A model generated the notes under the pieces. The model was given only the letters and a program-made list of their open reading frames with translations, made no database searches and was not told the origin of the DNA. The position numbers and the translations under genes were made by a program. 64,000 nucleotides of DNA from Acidobacteriota bacterium (GTDB taxonomy: Bacteria > Acidobacteriota > Terriglobia > Bryobacterales > Bryobacteraceae): contig JACTMJ010000002.1 in assembly GCA_014584705.1 (NCBI GenBank), forward strand, positions 74,914 to 138,913, written 5' to 3'. Shown piece after piece: positions 9,051 to 17,393 of this stretch (positions within the stretch are counted from its first letter, which is position 1; every line of letters begins with the position of its first letter).

Positions 9051-9208
9051 ACCGCGCATCCCCTCGCGCCGCGCATCCCCTCGCACCGCGTAACCTTTCG
9101 CACTGGATATCCCCGCGCCGTTTATCCCCCGCGCCGGTTATCCCCGCATCACACGCATAAGCTTCGTCCGTCTCCCCCTCGTATGCCTCCGCCTTGTATG
9201 CCTCCGCC
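9051..9208. repeat. three families of short tandem direct repeats in the flhA-flhF intergenic region
   Basis: Family A: [a/g]ccgcgcatcccctcgc x2 (9051-9084). Family B: [gt][at]tatcccc(c)gc[g/a][c/t]c x3 (9106-9152). Family C: t[ct]gtatgcctccgcc x2 (9179-9208). Confidence 0.85.
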
Positions 9209-9219
9209 CCGGCTTCGGC

Positions 9220-11298
9220 TCATTGAATCGTCCCGAGTGAAACCAGCCGAACTCCGCTGGGGATCTCGTTGTGCGAGAGGACCGCGAGATTCGGGAACGA
9301 GGCCTCGACGATTTGCCGGACAAAAGGACGAACCCCGGCGGAGACGAGCACCGCGGCCGCGCCTTCCCGAGACTCCAGGGAGCGCCGGAACGCTTCGAGT
9401 ACCTTGTTGATCGAATCCATATCCAGGTTCAGTTGGCTCACCAGCTCTCCGTGTTCCACATGCTCCTCGATGGGACGCTCGAGCGAAGGAATCATGAAGT
9501 AGATCGGCAGATCGTTCTGGGAGTTTAGGTAAGGCTGCACCAAAATCCGGCGAATCGACTGGCGAACGAATTCGGTGAGCAGAATGACGTTGCGGGAGTT
9601 CTGCGCACCTTCGCTAAGCGCTTCGAGGATGGAAGCGCCATCGCGAATCGACACCTTCTCTCGCAGCAGGTTCTGGATGACGCGCTGGACGCTCGAAAGC
9701 GGCAGCAGTTTGGGAACCAGATCCTCGACCGCCTTGGGGTGATCTTCCGCCACCCGGTCGAGATAGCGCTTGGCGTCCTGCCGAGAGAACAGCTCGTGCG
9801 CGTGACGCCGGGCAATCTCCGCGAGATGCGTGCCAAGAACGCTGAGCCCGTCCGCCACCGAATAGCCCTTCTTGCGCGCCTCGGCCTTCGCTTCGCTGGG
9901 AATCCAGACGGCCGGCAACCCGAACGCGGGATCTTTCACGGCTCTCCCCTCGATCTCCGGGCAGTCCGCCTGCGACTTGATGGCAAGGTCGCAGCCGGCC
10001 GGAAGCTCCCCGCGGGCGATCTCCGCTCCCTTGAGATACACGACATACTCGCGCGCCTTGAGGCTCAGATTGTCGGTGACCCGCACAGGCGGCAGCACGT
10101 AGCCCAGATCTCCGGCGAGTTGCTTGCGAATCGCCGAGATACGGCGCAGAAGCGGCGAACCGGCGCCGCCTTCCACGTGGCGCACGAGACCAAGCCCGAT
10201 CTCGACCGCCAGGGGATCGAGCTTCAGCAGGCTTTCCACGCGGTCCTTGGCCGGCGCTTTGGCGACCACGGGCGGCTCCGCGAGTTGTTTCTCGGATTCC
10301 TTTTGCAGCCTCCAGCCCGCGTAGCCCACGGCGCCGCCGAGGAGAAGGAAGGGGATCTTGGGGAGACCCGGCAGAATCGCGAGCCCGCCCAAGGCGAGCG
10401 AGGCCAGCATGAGGGGCTGCGCATTGCCAAAGACCTGTTTTCGAAACTCCAGACCCAGGCTCTTCTCCGACGCCGCCCGCGTCACGATGAGGCCCCCGGA
10501 GATGGAGATCATCAGCGCGGGAATGACCGTGACCAGACCGTCTCCGATGGTGAGCACGGTATAAGTTTGAATCGCCCGTGCGAACGGCATATCGTGCTGA
10601 AAAATGCCAATCAGCAGCCCGGCAACGATATTGATGCCGGTAATGAGAATGCTCGCAATGGCATCGCGCTGGGTGAAGCGGGAAGCGCCATCCATGGCGC
10701 CGTAAAACTCCGCTTCGGCGGCCAGAAGCTTGCGGCGGGTTTTGGCCTCGGCTTCATCGATGAGCCCGGCGTTGAGATCGCTGTCGATCGACATCTGCTT
10801 GCCGGGAAGAGCGTCAAGGGTGAAGCGCGCGGTGACTTCGGAGATGCGCACGGCGCCATGATTGATGACCACGTACTGGATGGCGATCAGCACCAGAAAG
10901 ATCACCGTGCCGATGACGTAGTTCCCGCCAACCACGAACTGCCCGAAGGCCTCGATAACATGGCCGGCGGCGGACGTGCCCACATTCCCTTCGAGCAGGA
11001 TCAGGCGCGAGGAAGAGATATTCAGAGCCAGGCGGAACAACGTTAGCAGCAGGAGGGTCGTGGGGAAGACGCTGAACTCCACCGGGCGGAGAATATACAT
11101 CGAAACCAGCAGGACGATCACCGACAGGGTGATGTTGCACACGATGAACAGGTCGAGAACGAGGCCCGGAAGGGGCGTGATCATGGCGACCACGATCACC
11201 AGCACGGCGATGGGAACGCCCATTTCGGCGATCACGCGCGGAGGCGGAACAAACGGCGATTTCGCCTTTGACGCGGGGGCGGCTGGCTGCGCGCTCAA
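9220..11298 (-). CDS. flhA: flagellar type III export protein FlhA
   Basis: 692 aa. GGAGA followed by 5 nt then TTG start. Conserved FHIPEP-type region and FlhA cytoplasmic domain. Confidence 0.97.
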   Translation of the reverse strand: MSAQPAAPASKAKSPFVPPPRVIAEMGVPIAVLVIVVAMITPLPGLVLDLFIVCNITLSVIVLLVSMYILRPVEFSVFPTTLLLLTLFRLALNISSSRLILLEGNVGTSAAGHVIEAFGQFVVGGNYVIGTVIFLVLIAIQYVVINHGAVRISEVTARFTLDALPGKQMSIDSDLNAGLIDEAEAKTRRKLLAAEAEFYGAMDGASRFTQRDAIASILITGINIVAGLLIGIFQHDMPFARAIQTYTVLTIGDGLVTVIPALMISISGGLIVTRAASEKSLGLEFRKQVFGNAQPLMLASLALGGLAILPGLPKIPFLLLGGAVGYAGWRLQKESEKQLAEPPVVAKAPAKDRVESLLKLDPLAVEIGLGLVRHVEGGAGSPLLRRISAIRKQLAGDLGYVLPPVRVTDNLSLKAREYVVYLKGAEIARGELPAGCDLAIKSQADCPEIEGRAVKDPAFGLPAVWIPSEAKAEARKKGYSVADGLSVLGTHLAEIARRHAHELFSRQDAKRYLDRVAEDHPKAVEDLVPKLLPLSSVQRVIQNLLREKVSIRDGASILEALSEGAQNSRNVILLTEFVRQSIRRILVQPYLNSQNDLPIYFMIPSLERPIEEHVEHGELVSQLNLDMDSINKVLEAFRRSLESREGAAAVLVSAGVRPFVRQIVEASFPNLAVLSHNEIPSGVRLVSLGTIQ

Positions 11299-11450
11299 TG
11301 GAGTCTCCTTCCTTCAGCGACCCTCCATTGAGGATCGCCCGGCTCTACGCCCCGCGGGAGCCGGCCTGGCCATGCACTTTGCATCCAGGCGGAATGATCG
11401 GCCGAACGGCTTCGCGCCATTAGGCATCCCGCGAGATTCTCGTCCCGGCG

Positions 11451-12509
11451 TCAATAGCCGGGCCGCTGCCGCTGCAGCACATATGCCAGCACTTCGGCCA
11501 CGGCGCGGTAGAGTTCCGGGGGAATCTCCTGCCCCACTTTGGCGGCGCGGAAGAGGGCCTGGGCAAGCGGCTTGTTCTCCACAACCGCCACGCCGTTCCG
11601 CTCGGCGATCTCGCGAATGCGGAGGGCAAGGAAGTCGAGTCCGCTGGCGACCACCCGCGGCGCGGCCATGGTCCCGTGGTCGTAACGAATCGCGACCGCG
11701 TAGTGGGTGGGATTGACGATCACGGCGGTAGCCGCGGGCACCTCCCGAAGCATGTTCTTCCGCAGCATCTCCCGTTGCAGACGCCGCACGCGGGCGCGGA
11801 TCAGCGGATGGCCCTCGACCTCCTTCATCTCGTCGCGAATTTCCTGGCGGCTCATACGAAGATCCCGGCGATACTTCATTTGGGTGCGGGCGAAGTCAAT
11901 CACGCCCAGCAGCAGAAACAACCCGGACGCGCGCCAGAGGAGGCTCTCAATGGAAGCTCCCGTGATCTCGATGCCGTGGCGCAGCGAGGTGAGAGGAAGC
12001 ATCAGATAGACGCTAATCTCCTCCCTGGCGATGCGATAGACAATCCAGCAGAACAGGGGCAACAGAAACAAAGCCTTGAGGAATTCGGGGCCGTTCTGGG
12101 AGAACATCTGCTGCGCCTTCCTGAAGGGATCCAGTCGCTTGGGATCAAGGTGCAACCGTTTGGCGCTGAGTCCGAATCGCGTCTGAAGCAATTGAAGGAG
12201 CAGGGTAAGCAGGACAATGCCGAGTACGGCCGCCGCCATGCTCCCGCCGAAACGCATGGCGAGATAGATCGCAATGTTGTGGAGCTGCTCCACGCTCAGC
12301 CGGTCGCTGAACGCTTCCGCGACAAAGTAGCGCAGCACGTCGACGAGAGCGTGAACCGCGGCGGGCGTCTGGGTGACGATCAGCGCGAGAAAGGCGACGA
12401 ACTGAAGGCTGCCAAGGAATTCGCGCGAGACGGCAAACTGGCCTTCCTCGCGGGCTTTGTCAATGCGCCGCTGAGTCGGTTTCTCGGTCTTCTGGCTGCG
12501 GTCCGACAT
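11451..12509 (-). CDS. flhB: flagellar type III export protein FlhB
   Basis: 352 aa. N-terminus SDRSQKTEKPTQRRIDKAREEGQ and the NPTH autocleavage motif (VIVNPTHYAVAI). Confidence 0.95.
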   Translation of the reverse strand: MSDRSQKTEKPTQRRIDKAREEGQFAVSREFLGSLQFVAFLALIVTQTPAAVHALVDVLRYFVAEAFSDRLSVEQLHNIAIYLAMRFGGSMAAAVLGIVLLTLLLQLLQTRFGLSAKRLHLDPKRLDPFRKAQQMFSQNGPEFLKALFLLPLFCWIVYRIAREEISVYLMLPLTSLRHGIEITGASIESLLWRASGLFLLLGVIDFARTQMKYRRDLRMSRQEIRDEMKEVEGHPLIRARVRRLQREMLRKNMLREVPAATAVIVNPTHYAVAIRYDHGTMAAPRVVASGLDFLALRIREIAERNGVAVVENKPLAQALFRAAKVGQEIPPELYRAVAEVLAYVLQRQRPGY

Positions 12510-12512
12510 GGA

Positions 12513-13328
12513 TTAACCCCCGCCGGGAAGGCTTCCGCGGGCCGCCACCCCAGCCGCCAACTGCAGGGAGTTTTCGAGGAATGCCAGAACCTGATCGCCA
12601 AAGATTTCATACAGACGGACGTAGGTGGCGGACATCATACCCAGGACGAACAGTGAGAGCAGGAGCTTGGCTGGAAAGATCATGCTGAGCAGCTGCAACT
12701 GGGATTGGACGCGGCCGAGCAGGGCGAGCGAAAGATCGATCAGCAAGAGCAGGGCGATCAGTGGCATCGACAGCCGGGCGGCAATCTCAAACATAGCCCC
12801 GCCCAAATGCACCAATTGGTTGGCGGCGGCGAGATCGGGGAGATAACTGCCGGGAGGAACACGGCGGATGCTTTCCCCCATCAGGTAGAGCACCTCGCGA
12901 TGCAAACCCGTGGCGAAAAACAGCAGCGACGCGATCAACTGCGCCAGGATCTGCAGAAGCCCGGCGTCGGCCTGCGTGGAAGGGTCGATGATCGATGCAT
13001 AGCCGAAGCCGGCCTGCAAGGCAAGAAACTGCGCGCCCAGGACAAACGCTTCGATCAGGAAATGGACGGCCAATCCCCAGAGCAGACCGAAGCACACCTC
13101 CGAAAGACACCAGAGGAGCATCCGTCCGGTGTTCGCATCGCCCGGCGGGAGGCCGGGCGCGCCGGCGAGCAGCGGCACGCTGAGCGCGAGAGCCACAAGC
13201 GGACGAACGCTTTCCGGGAGCGCCCGCAAACCGGGAACCGGCAGAAAGATGAGCAGGCCGGACATACGGCTGAGCACCAGCAGGAAGCTGAGGATGCGCG
13301 TTTCGGAGATGGCCACGTCAACGGGCAT
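12513..13328 (-). CDS. fliR: flagellar export apparatus protein FliR
   Basis: Polytopic membrane protein located between fliQ and flhB. Start taken at ATG 13328; the longest ORF reaches 13421 but would overlap most of fliQ. Confidence 0.9.
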   Translation of the reverse strand: MPVDVAISETRILSFLLVLSRMSGLLIFLPVPGLRALPESVRPLVALALSVPLLAGAPGLPPGDANTGRMLLWCLSEVCFGLLWGLAVHFLIEAFVLGAQFLALQAGFGYASIIDPSTQADAGLLQILAQLIASLLFFATGLHREVLYLMGESIRRVPPGSYLPDLAAANQLVHLGGAMFEIAARLSMPLIALLLLIDLSLALLGRVQSQLQLLSMIFPAKLLLSLFVLGMMSATYVRLYEIFGDQVLAFLENSLQLAAGVAARGSLPGGG

Positions 13329-13587
13329 ATTTTTCCAGGTTGCCGAGGATTGAAATGCAGTAGGTGAGCAAGCGTTCGAGCGTCCAGGGAAGGAAGACGA
13401 CGATCGTTGCAAAGAAGGCAAGCAGTCTCGGAATGGTATTGAACGCGCTATCCTGCATCGAGGTCAGAACCTGGACGAGACTGACGATCGCGCCGACGAC
13501 GAAACAGAGAGACAGGATGGGCAGGCCCACCCAGAAGGCAGTCCAAAGACACTGCCGGATGATCTCGGAAACAGCGTCGGGGGTCAT
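13318..13587 (-). CDS. fliQ: flagellar export apparatus protein FliQ
   Basis: 89 aa with two TM helices. ATGA overlap with fliP. Confidence 0.93.
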   Translation of the reverse strand: MTPDAVSEIIRQCLWTAFWVGLPILSLCFVVGAIVSLVQVLTSMQDSAFNTIPRLLAFFATIVVFLPWTLERLLTYCISILGNLEKYAR

Positions 13588-14378
13588 CCAACGCCTCCAA
13601 GAAAGCTCTTCATCAGCGAACCGACCATGAGATTCCAGCCATCGGCGAGAACGAAGAGCAGGATCTTGAACGGCGCGGAAACCATCACCGGAGGCAACTG
13701 CACCATGCCGATCGAGAGGGTGATGGATGCCACGAGAAGATCAATCACCAGGAAGGGGAGGAACAGGACCGCGCCAATCTGGAACGAGGTCTGCAACTCC
13801 GAGAGCACATAGGCCGGGGCGGTTACCAGGAAGGGCAGCTCGGCCGCGTTTCGCGGGGAGGGAGCGCCCGACATCTCCAGAAAAAGCTGAAGATCCTTCT
13901 CCCGCGTGTACTTGAGGTGGAAGGTTTTGAGAGGCTGGGCAAGGGCGTCGCCCGCCTGTGCCAGGCTGAGTTCCCCTCTCTGGTAGGGCTGGTACGCTTT
14001 CTCGAAGATCTCCTGCCCGACGGGCCGCATAATCAACAGCGTGAGAAACAGGGACATCCCGATCAAGACCTGGTTGGAGGGCGTCGTCTGCGTGCCGAGC
14101 GCCTGGCGCAGAAAGTGAAACACGACCACCAGGCGAAGAAACGGCGTGAGGCACATGACCATCGCCGGGAGCAGGACGAGCGCGGTGAGAAGCACCACGA
14201 TCTGCAAGGGGATATTGACGTCTCCGTTCGCCCCGGGCGTGAAGCGCACTCCGGGGATGGGAGAGGGAATGGTTTGCGCGTGAGCGCACGCGCTCAAGAC
14301 AAGGACGCTAACGGCGGCGCGGGCGGCGGTAATCGCGGTGAGGGCCGCGGCGCGAACGGAGGCGAAACGGGCCGTCAT
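13584..14378 (-). CDS. fliP: flagellar export apparatus protein FliP
   Basis: Start at ATG 14378 gives a signal peptide plus the conserved FliP core (LPAMVMCLTPFLRLVVVFHFLRQALGTQTTPSNQVL). The 381-aa longest ORF is an upstream run-on. Confidence 0.95.
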   Translation of the reverse strand: MTARFASVRAAALTAITAARAAVSVLVLSACAHAQTIPSPIPGVRFTPGANGDVNIPLQIVVLLTALVLLPAMVMCLTPFLRLVVVFHFLRQALGTQTTPSNQVLIGMSLFLTLLIMRPVGQEIFEKAYQPYQRGELSLAQAGDALAQPLKTFHLKYTREKDLQLFLEMSGAPSPRNAAELPFLVTAPAYVLSELQTSFQIGAVLFLPFLVIDLLVASITLSIGMVQLPPVMVSAPFKILLFVLADGWNLMVGSLMKSFLGGVG

Positions 14379-14998
14379 CGGGATGCTCCGCGAAGAGAAG
14401 CCCCCGCGATACCGCGCGGCGGAAGTTCCGACGGAAGACCTCGGCCCGCGCGTCGGGAAGCGCCCCACGGACGCAGCCCGGCCCTCGCGCGCCGGGCCCG
14501 GCGGGGACGCGCGCTTGCACCAGTTGCATCCGCACCGGCATGCCCGGCTTGGAGAGAAGAAAGGTTGCGAGCGGAAAGCGTCTGAGGCGCGGCTCCGGCC
14601 TGTGCCAGCACATGATATTCCCAATCCCCGGCGCACAGGACAAGAAACTGCAGTTGCGGCCCGAGGGTTTTTCGGGCGCGAATCTCGATTCGTTCCGGAC
14701 CGGGTGCGCGCTTCCCGAAGAACTTCCACCAGGGGGTCGCGCGTGGAGGCTCATCCGGGCCGCCGCTTCCAGGCTGGGAAGGTGCTGGCGACGGCGCTCG
14801 GCCGGGCCGCCCGGGGATATCCGCGAAGAACGGAGACCAGCCCTCCCGGAATCGAGACCGCGAGACAGGCGCGGATGCACCCCGCACGCAGCATCGAAAC
14901 AGCCAGGCGGCGAAGCATACGGCAAGCGGCCATATCCAGACCGGCACCGCGAACCCCGTTGAGGACACCGGCAAAGCCGGCCATGCCAAAGCATGCAT
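14375..14998 (-). CDS. fliO: FliO-like flagellar export protein
   Basis: Stop overlaps the fliP ATG. GGGAGGG lies 7 nt before ATG 14998. Single TM (VWIWPLAVCFAAWLF) followed by IEIRARKTLGPQLQFLVLCAGDWEYHVLA, resembling the FliO core. The Arg/Ala-rich C-terminal ~70 aa are atypical. Confidence 0.6.
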   Translation of the reverse strand: MHALAWPALPVSSTGFAVPVWIWPLAVCFAAWLFRCCVRGASAPVSRSRFREGWSPFFADIPGRPGRAPSPAPSQPGSGGPDEPPRATPWWKFFGKRAPGPERIEIRARKTLGPQLQFLVLCAGDWEYHVLAQAGAAPQTLSARNLSSLQAGHAGADATGASARPRRARRARAGLRPWGASRRAGRGLPSELPPRGIAGASLRGASR

Positions 14999-15224
14999 CC
15001 AAAGACCCTCCCATCCGGGTAACGTTCATGGCGAACGAGACCGGACAATCCGATGGAATGGATCCGCTGGACAGAATATGCGGACGCCGGCGCGTGATAC
15101 CCGCTCCCCGGCAGCACCGGGGGAATCACCCCGCCGAGAACGGCCCGGGGCGCGGAACGCTCGACGGCGCTCGCACCCGATGCGGGTTCCGCTGGATCTA
15201 GGGGTGCGATCAGACCGGGAACGG

Positions 15225-15497
15225 CTAGCCGTTCTCGAAATCCGTAATCCGCACGCCCAGCTTGTCTTCGAGGACGACGATCTCGCCAAACCCGATCAGG
15301 ATGCCGTTCATCCAGACGTCGACGTTCTCGCCGGCCGCCCGCGACAAGGCGATCACGCTGCCCGGCTCGAAGCCGAGAATCTCGCGGATTGAGATGGTCC
15401 GCCGGTCCAGTTCCACTTCCATTTCCATGGGTACATCGGCGAAAGCGGCGAGCTCCTTTAGATCGGCCGGCGGGATTGGTTCCGCGGTGTGGGTCAT
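15225..15497 (-). CDS. fliN: flagellar motor switch protein FliN (minimal, 90 aa)
   Basis: AAGGAG followed by 6 nt then ATG 15497; a GTG at 15515 is possible. SpoA domain VELDRRTISIREILGFEPGSVIALSRAAGENVDVWMNGILIGFGEIVVLEDKLGVRI. Confidence 0.9.
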   Translation of the reverse strand: MTHTAEPIPPADLKELAAFADVPMEMEVELDRRTISIREILGFEPGSVIALSRAAGENVDVWMNGILIGFGEIVVLEDKLGVRITDFENG

Positions 15498-15605
15498 CGA
15501 GATCTCCTTTGCCACGCGGCGGGAGGGAGCGGAAGCGCCGCGCCCCTCCGGGATCGTCCGGAAAGAAGCGCGGCACGGCGCACCGGCCGCGGGGAATCCG
15601 AGCGG

Positions 15606-16895
15606 TTATCGCTTCAGGTTGATGGTTTCCGCGCTCAGTTCGTCCGCGGTCGTGATCACTCTGGCGTTGGCCTGGTAGCCGCGCTGATACACGATGAGAT
15701 TCGTGAACTCGCGGGCCATATCGGCCGTGGATCCCTCGACGGCGCCCCCGACAATCGTGCCCCGGCCCCCGCTGCCCGCCACGCCAATGGTGGGCTCGGC
15801 TGTCGCGGAACTCACCCGGTAATTGTTATTGCCGACCGCGATGAGCGTATCGGGATTGCCGATTCCGGCCATGGCCAGCTTCCCGATGACGCCCTCGGTG
15901 CCGTCGGAATACTGGGCCACCAGAACGCCTCCATCACCCACCGCCACCCGCGAAAGCTGCGCGGCCCCACGACCGTCCTGGACAAGTCCAGCCACAGCGG
16001 TGGGCTGTGCGAACTGCGTAACGAGAGGCGCCTTAGTGGGAGAAAAGAAATTAATCTTGATCGCATCCGCACCGACAAACGGGTTTGCACCCGAGGCCAC
16101 CGGCGTGATCTCAATGTCGATCGTCGGTATGGGATCGGGCAGCGTGGGCGAGACGCTCGTGCCATCGATCGTCGCCAGGGTGCCATCGGAGTTGAAGGTA
16201 ATGGGGATGGTGGCGGGCGGCGCCGGCTGCGTAACCACGCCAACGGAGGGGTCCAGTTGCTCGACCGAGACGTCCCAGGCATTCGCCGCCGTCTTCTGAT
16301 ATTGCAGCGTGACGATGGTTTCGTTGCCGAGCGAATCGTAGACCCGCAGCGGCACCTTCAGGAGCGAGGTCGAATCATTGAGCGCCGAGGCGTCGAGATT
16401 CATCGTCAGGTACAGATTCCCGGTCGCGGAGGCGGGCCGCAGGCCGCCTTCCGGAACGATGATGTCCCGGATCGCGCCCGTGGTGAGCAGATTGCCGTCC
16501 GTATCCGCCACCCAACCCTGCACCTTCTCTCCGGTGGCGGTCAGCAGCGAACCGTCCGCCGCTTTCTTGAAGTTCCCCGCGCGGGTGTAGAGGGTGCCGC
16601 CATTGGCATCCTTCACCACAAAGAAACCTTCGCCCTGGATGGCCGCGTCGAGCCTGCCGGAACTGGTTTGCACCGAGCCCTGGTTAAACTGCCGGGTGGT
16701 AATCGGGCGACCGATGCCCATGCCAACCTGGGTTTGTCCGCCCGCGCCCAGTGTGCGCGAGAGCAGATCGGAGAAGCTGACGTCGCTCCTCTTGAAGCCG
16801 ATCGTGTTGAGGTTCGCCAGATTGTTGCCCACAACGTCAACCGCGGTGGAGTGTCCGGCCAGCGCGGAAAGGGCCGATGAAAATGCTGTAAACAT
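15606..16895 (-). CDS. flgE: flagellar hook protein FlgE
   Basis: N-terminus MFTAFSSALSALAGHSTAVDVVGNNLANLNTIGFK and C-terminus LIVYQRGYQANARVITTADELSAETINLKR are typical axial-protein termini. Confidence 0.93.
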   Translation of the reverse strand: MFTAFSSALSALAGHSTAVDVVGNNLANLNTIGFKRSDVSFSDLLSRTLGAGGQTQVGMGIGRPITTRQFNQGSVQTSSGRLDAAIQGEGFFVVKDANGGTLYTRAGNFKKAADGSLLTATGEKVQGWVADTDGNLLTTGAIRDIIVPEGGLRPASATGNLYLTMNLDASALNDSTSLLKVPLRVYDSLGNETIVTLQYQKTAANAWDVSVEQLDPSVGVVTQPAPPATIPITFNSDGTLATIDGTSVSPTLPDPIPTIDIEITPVASGANPFVGADAIKINFFSPTKAPLVTQFAQPTAVAGLVQDGRGAAQLSRVAVGDGGVLVAQYSDGTEGVIGKLAMAGIGNPDTLIAVGNNNYRVSSATAEPTIGVAGSGGRGTIVGGAVEGSTADMAREFTNLIVYQRGYQANARVITTADELSAETINLKR

Positions 16896-16963
16896 GCTTA
16901 AATCTCTTTCTTCGAAGTATTTGCGGCGCACGCCGCGGGCAGGTTCGCGATGGCGCTCCCGCT

Positions 16964-17371
16964 CTAGGCCGCGGAGTCCGCCGTGGATTCGGCGGGTGGA
17001 TTGCTCTTGCCGATCGACTCCAGCTCCTGCCGGATGGAGATCAGTTGTTCCAGCTCGCTGAACTGAGCAAGTTGCGATAGAAACTCCGTCCCGTCGGCCG
17101 GGTTCAACGGATTCTGGTTCTTGATCTGGGCGACGAGCAGGGTCAGAAACGTCTGCTTGTTCGCCAATGCGCCCGCTCCGGAAACGGCGCTCTCGCCGGA
17201 GGCACCCTCCGCGCCGGCCGATTCCCCCGTGCTGCCGGTGTTGGTCCGATCCGCACCGGTTCGATTCGCGTTCGTCCGCTGTGCGGCGTGGACGCCCGAC
17301 CCGGTGTTCCGGGTCTCTCCGGCCGAGGAAGCCGCATCGGACATATAGCGGCTGAGTGGTTGTATCATCAT
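16964..17371 (-). CDS. flgD: flagellar hook assembly/capping protein FlgD (short form, 135 aa)
   Basis: AGGGAGGAA immediately upstream of ATG 17371. Conserved FlgD N-domain KQTFLTLLVAQIKNQNPLNPADGTEFLSQLAQFSELEQ. No Tudor/Ig-like C-terminal domain is encoded before flgE. Confidence 0.85.
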   Translation of the reverse strand: MMIQPLSRYMSDAASSAGETRNTGSGVHAAQRTNANRTGADRTNTGSTGESAGAEGASGESAVSGAGALANKQTFLTLLVAQIKNQNPLNPADGTEFLSQLAQFSELEQLISIRQELESIGKSNPPAESTADSAA

Positions 17372-17393
17372 TTCCTCCCTTGGTCTCCTGATC

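Noticed and set aside
9739-11046. 435-aa plus-strand ORF, plus similar ones at 15489..16880 and 21051..22412
   Set aside because: They are antisense to flhA, flgE and flgG/flgA respectively, with no recognisable motifs and skewed composition.
11372-11384. Palindrome ATGCA-CTT-TGCAT in the flhB-flhA gap, which also looks sigma-54-like on the minus strand
   Set aside because: The arms are only 5 bp, and the GG/GC spacing of the putative -24/-12 element is off by one.
13584-14729. Longest-ORF versions of fliP (381 aa), flgD (16964..18073, 369 aa), fliR (to 13421) and rimP (to 36002)
   Set aside because: The upstream extensions overlap neighbouring genes and are compositionally aberrant. Internal starts with an RBS and family-typical N-termini were chosen instead.
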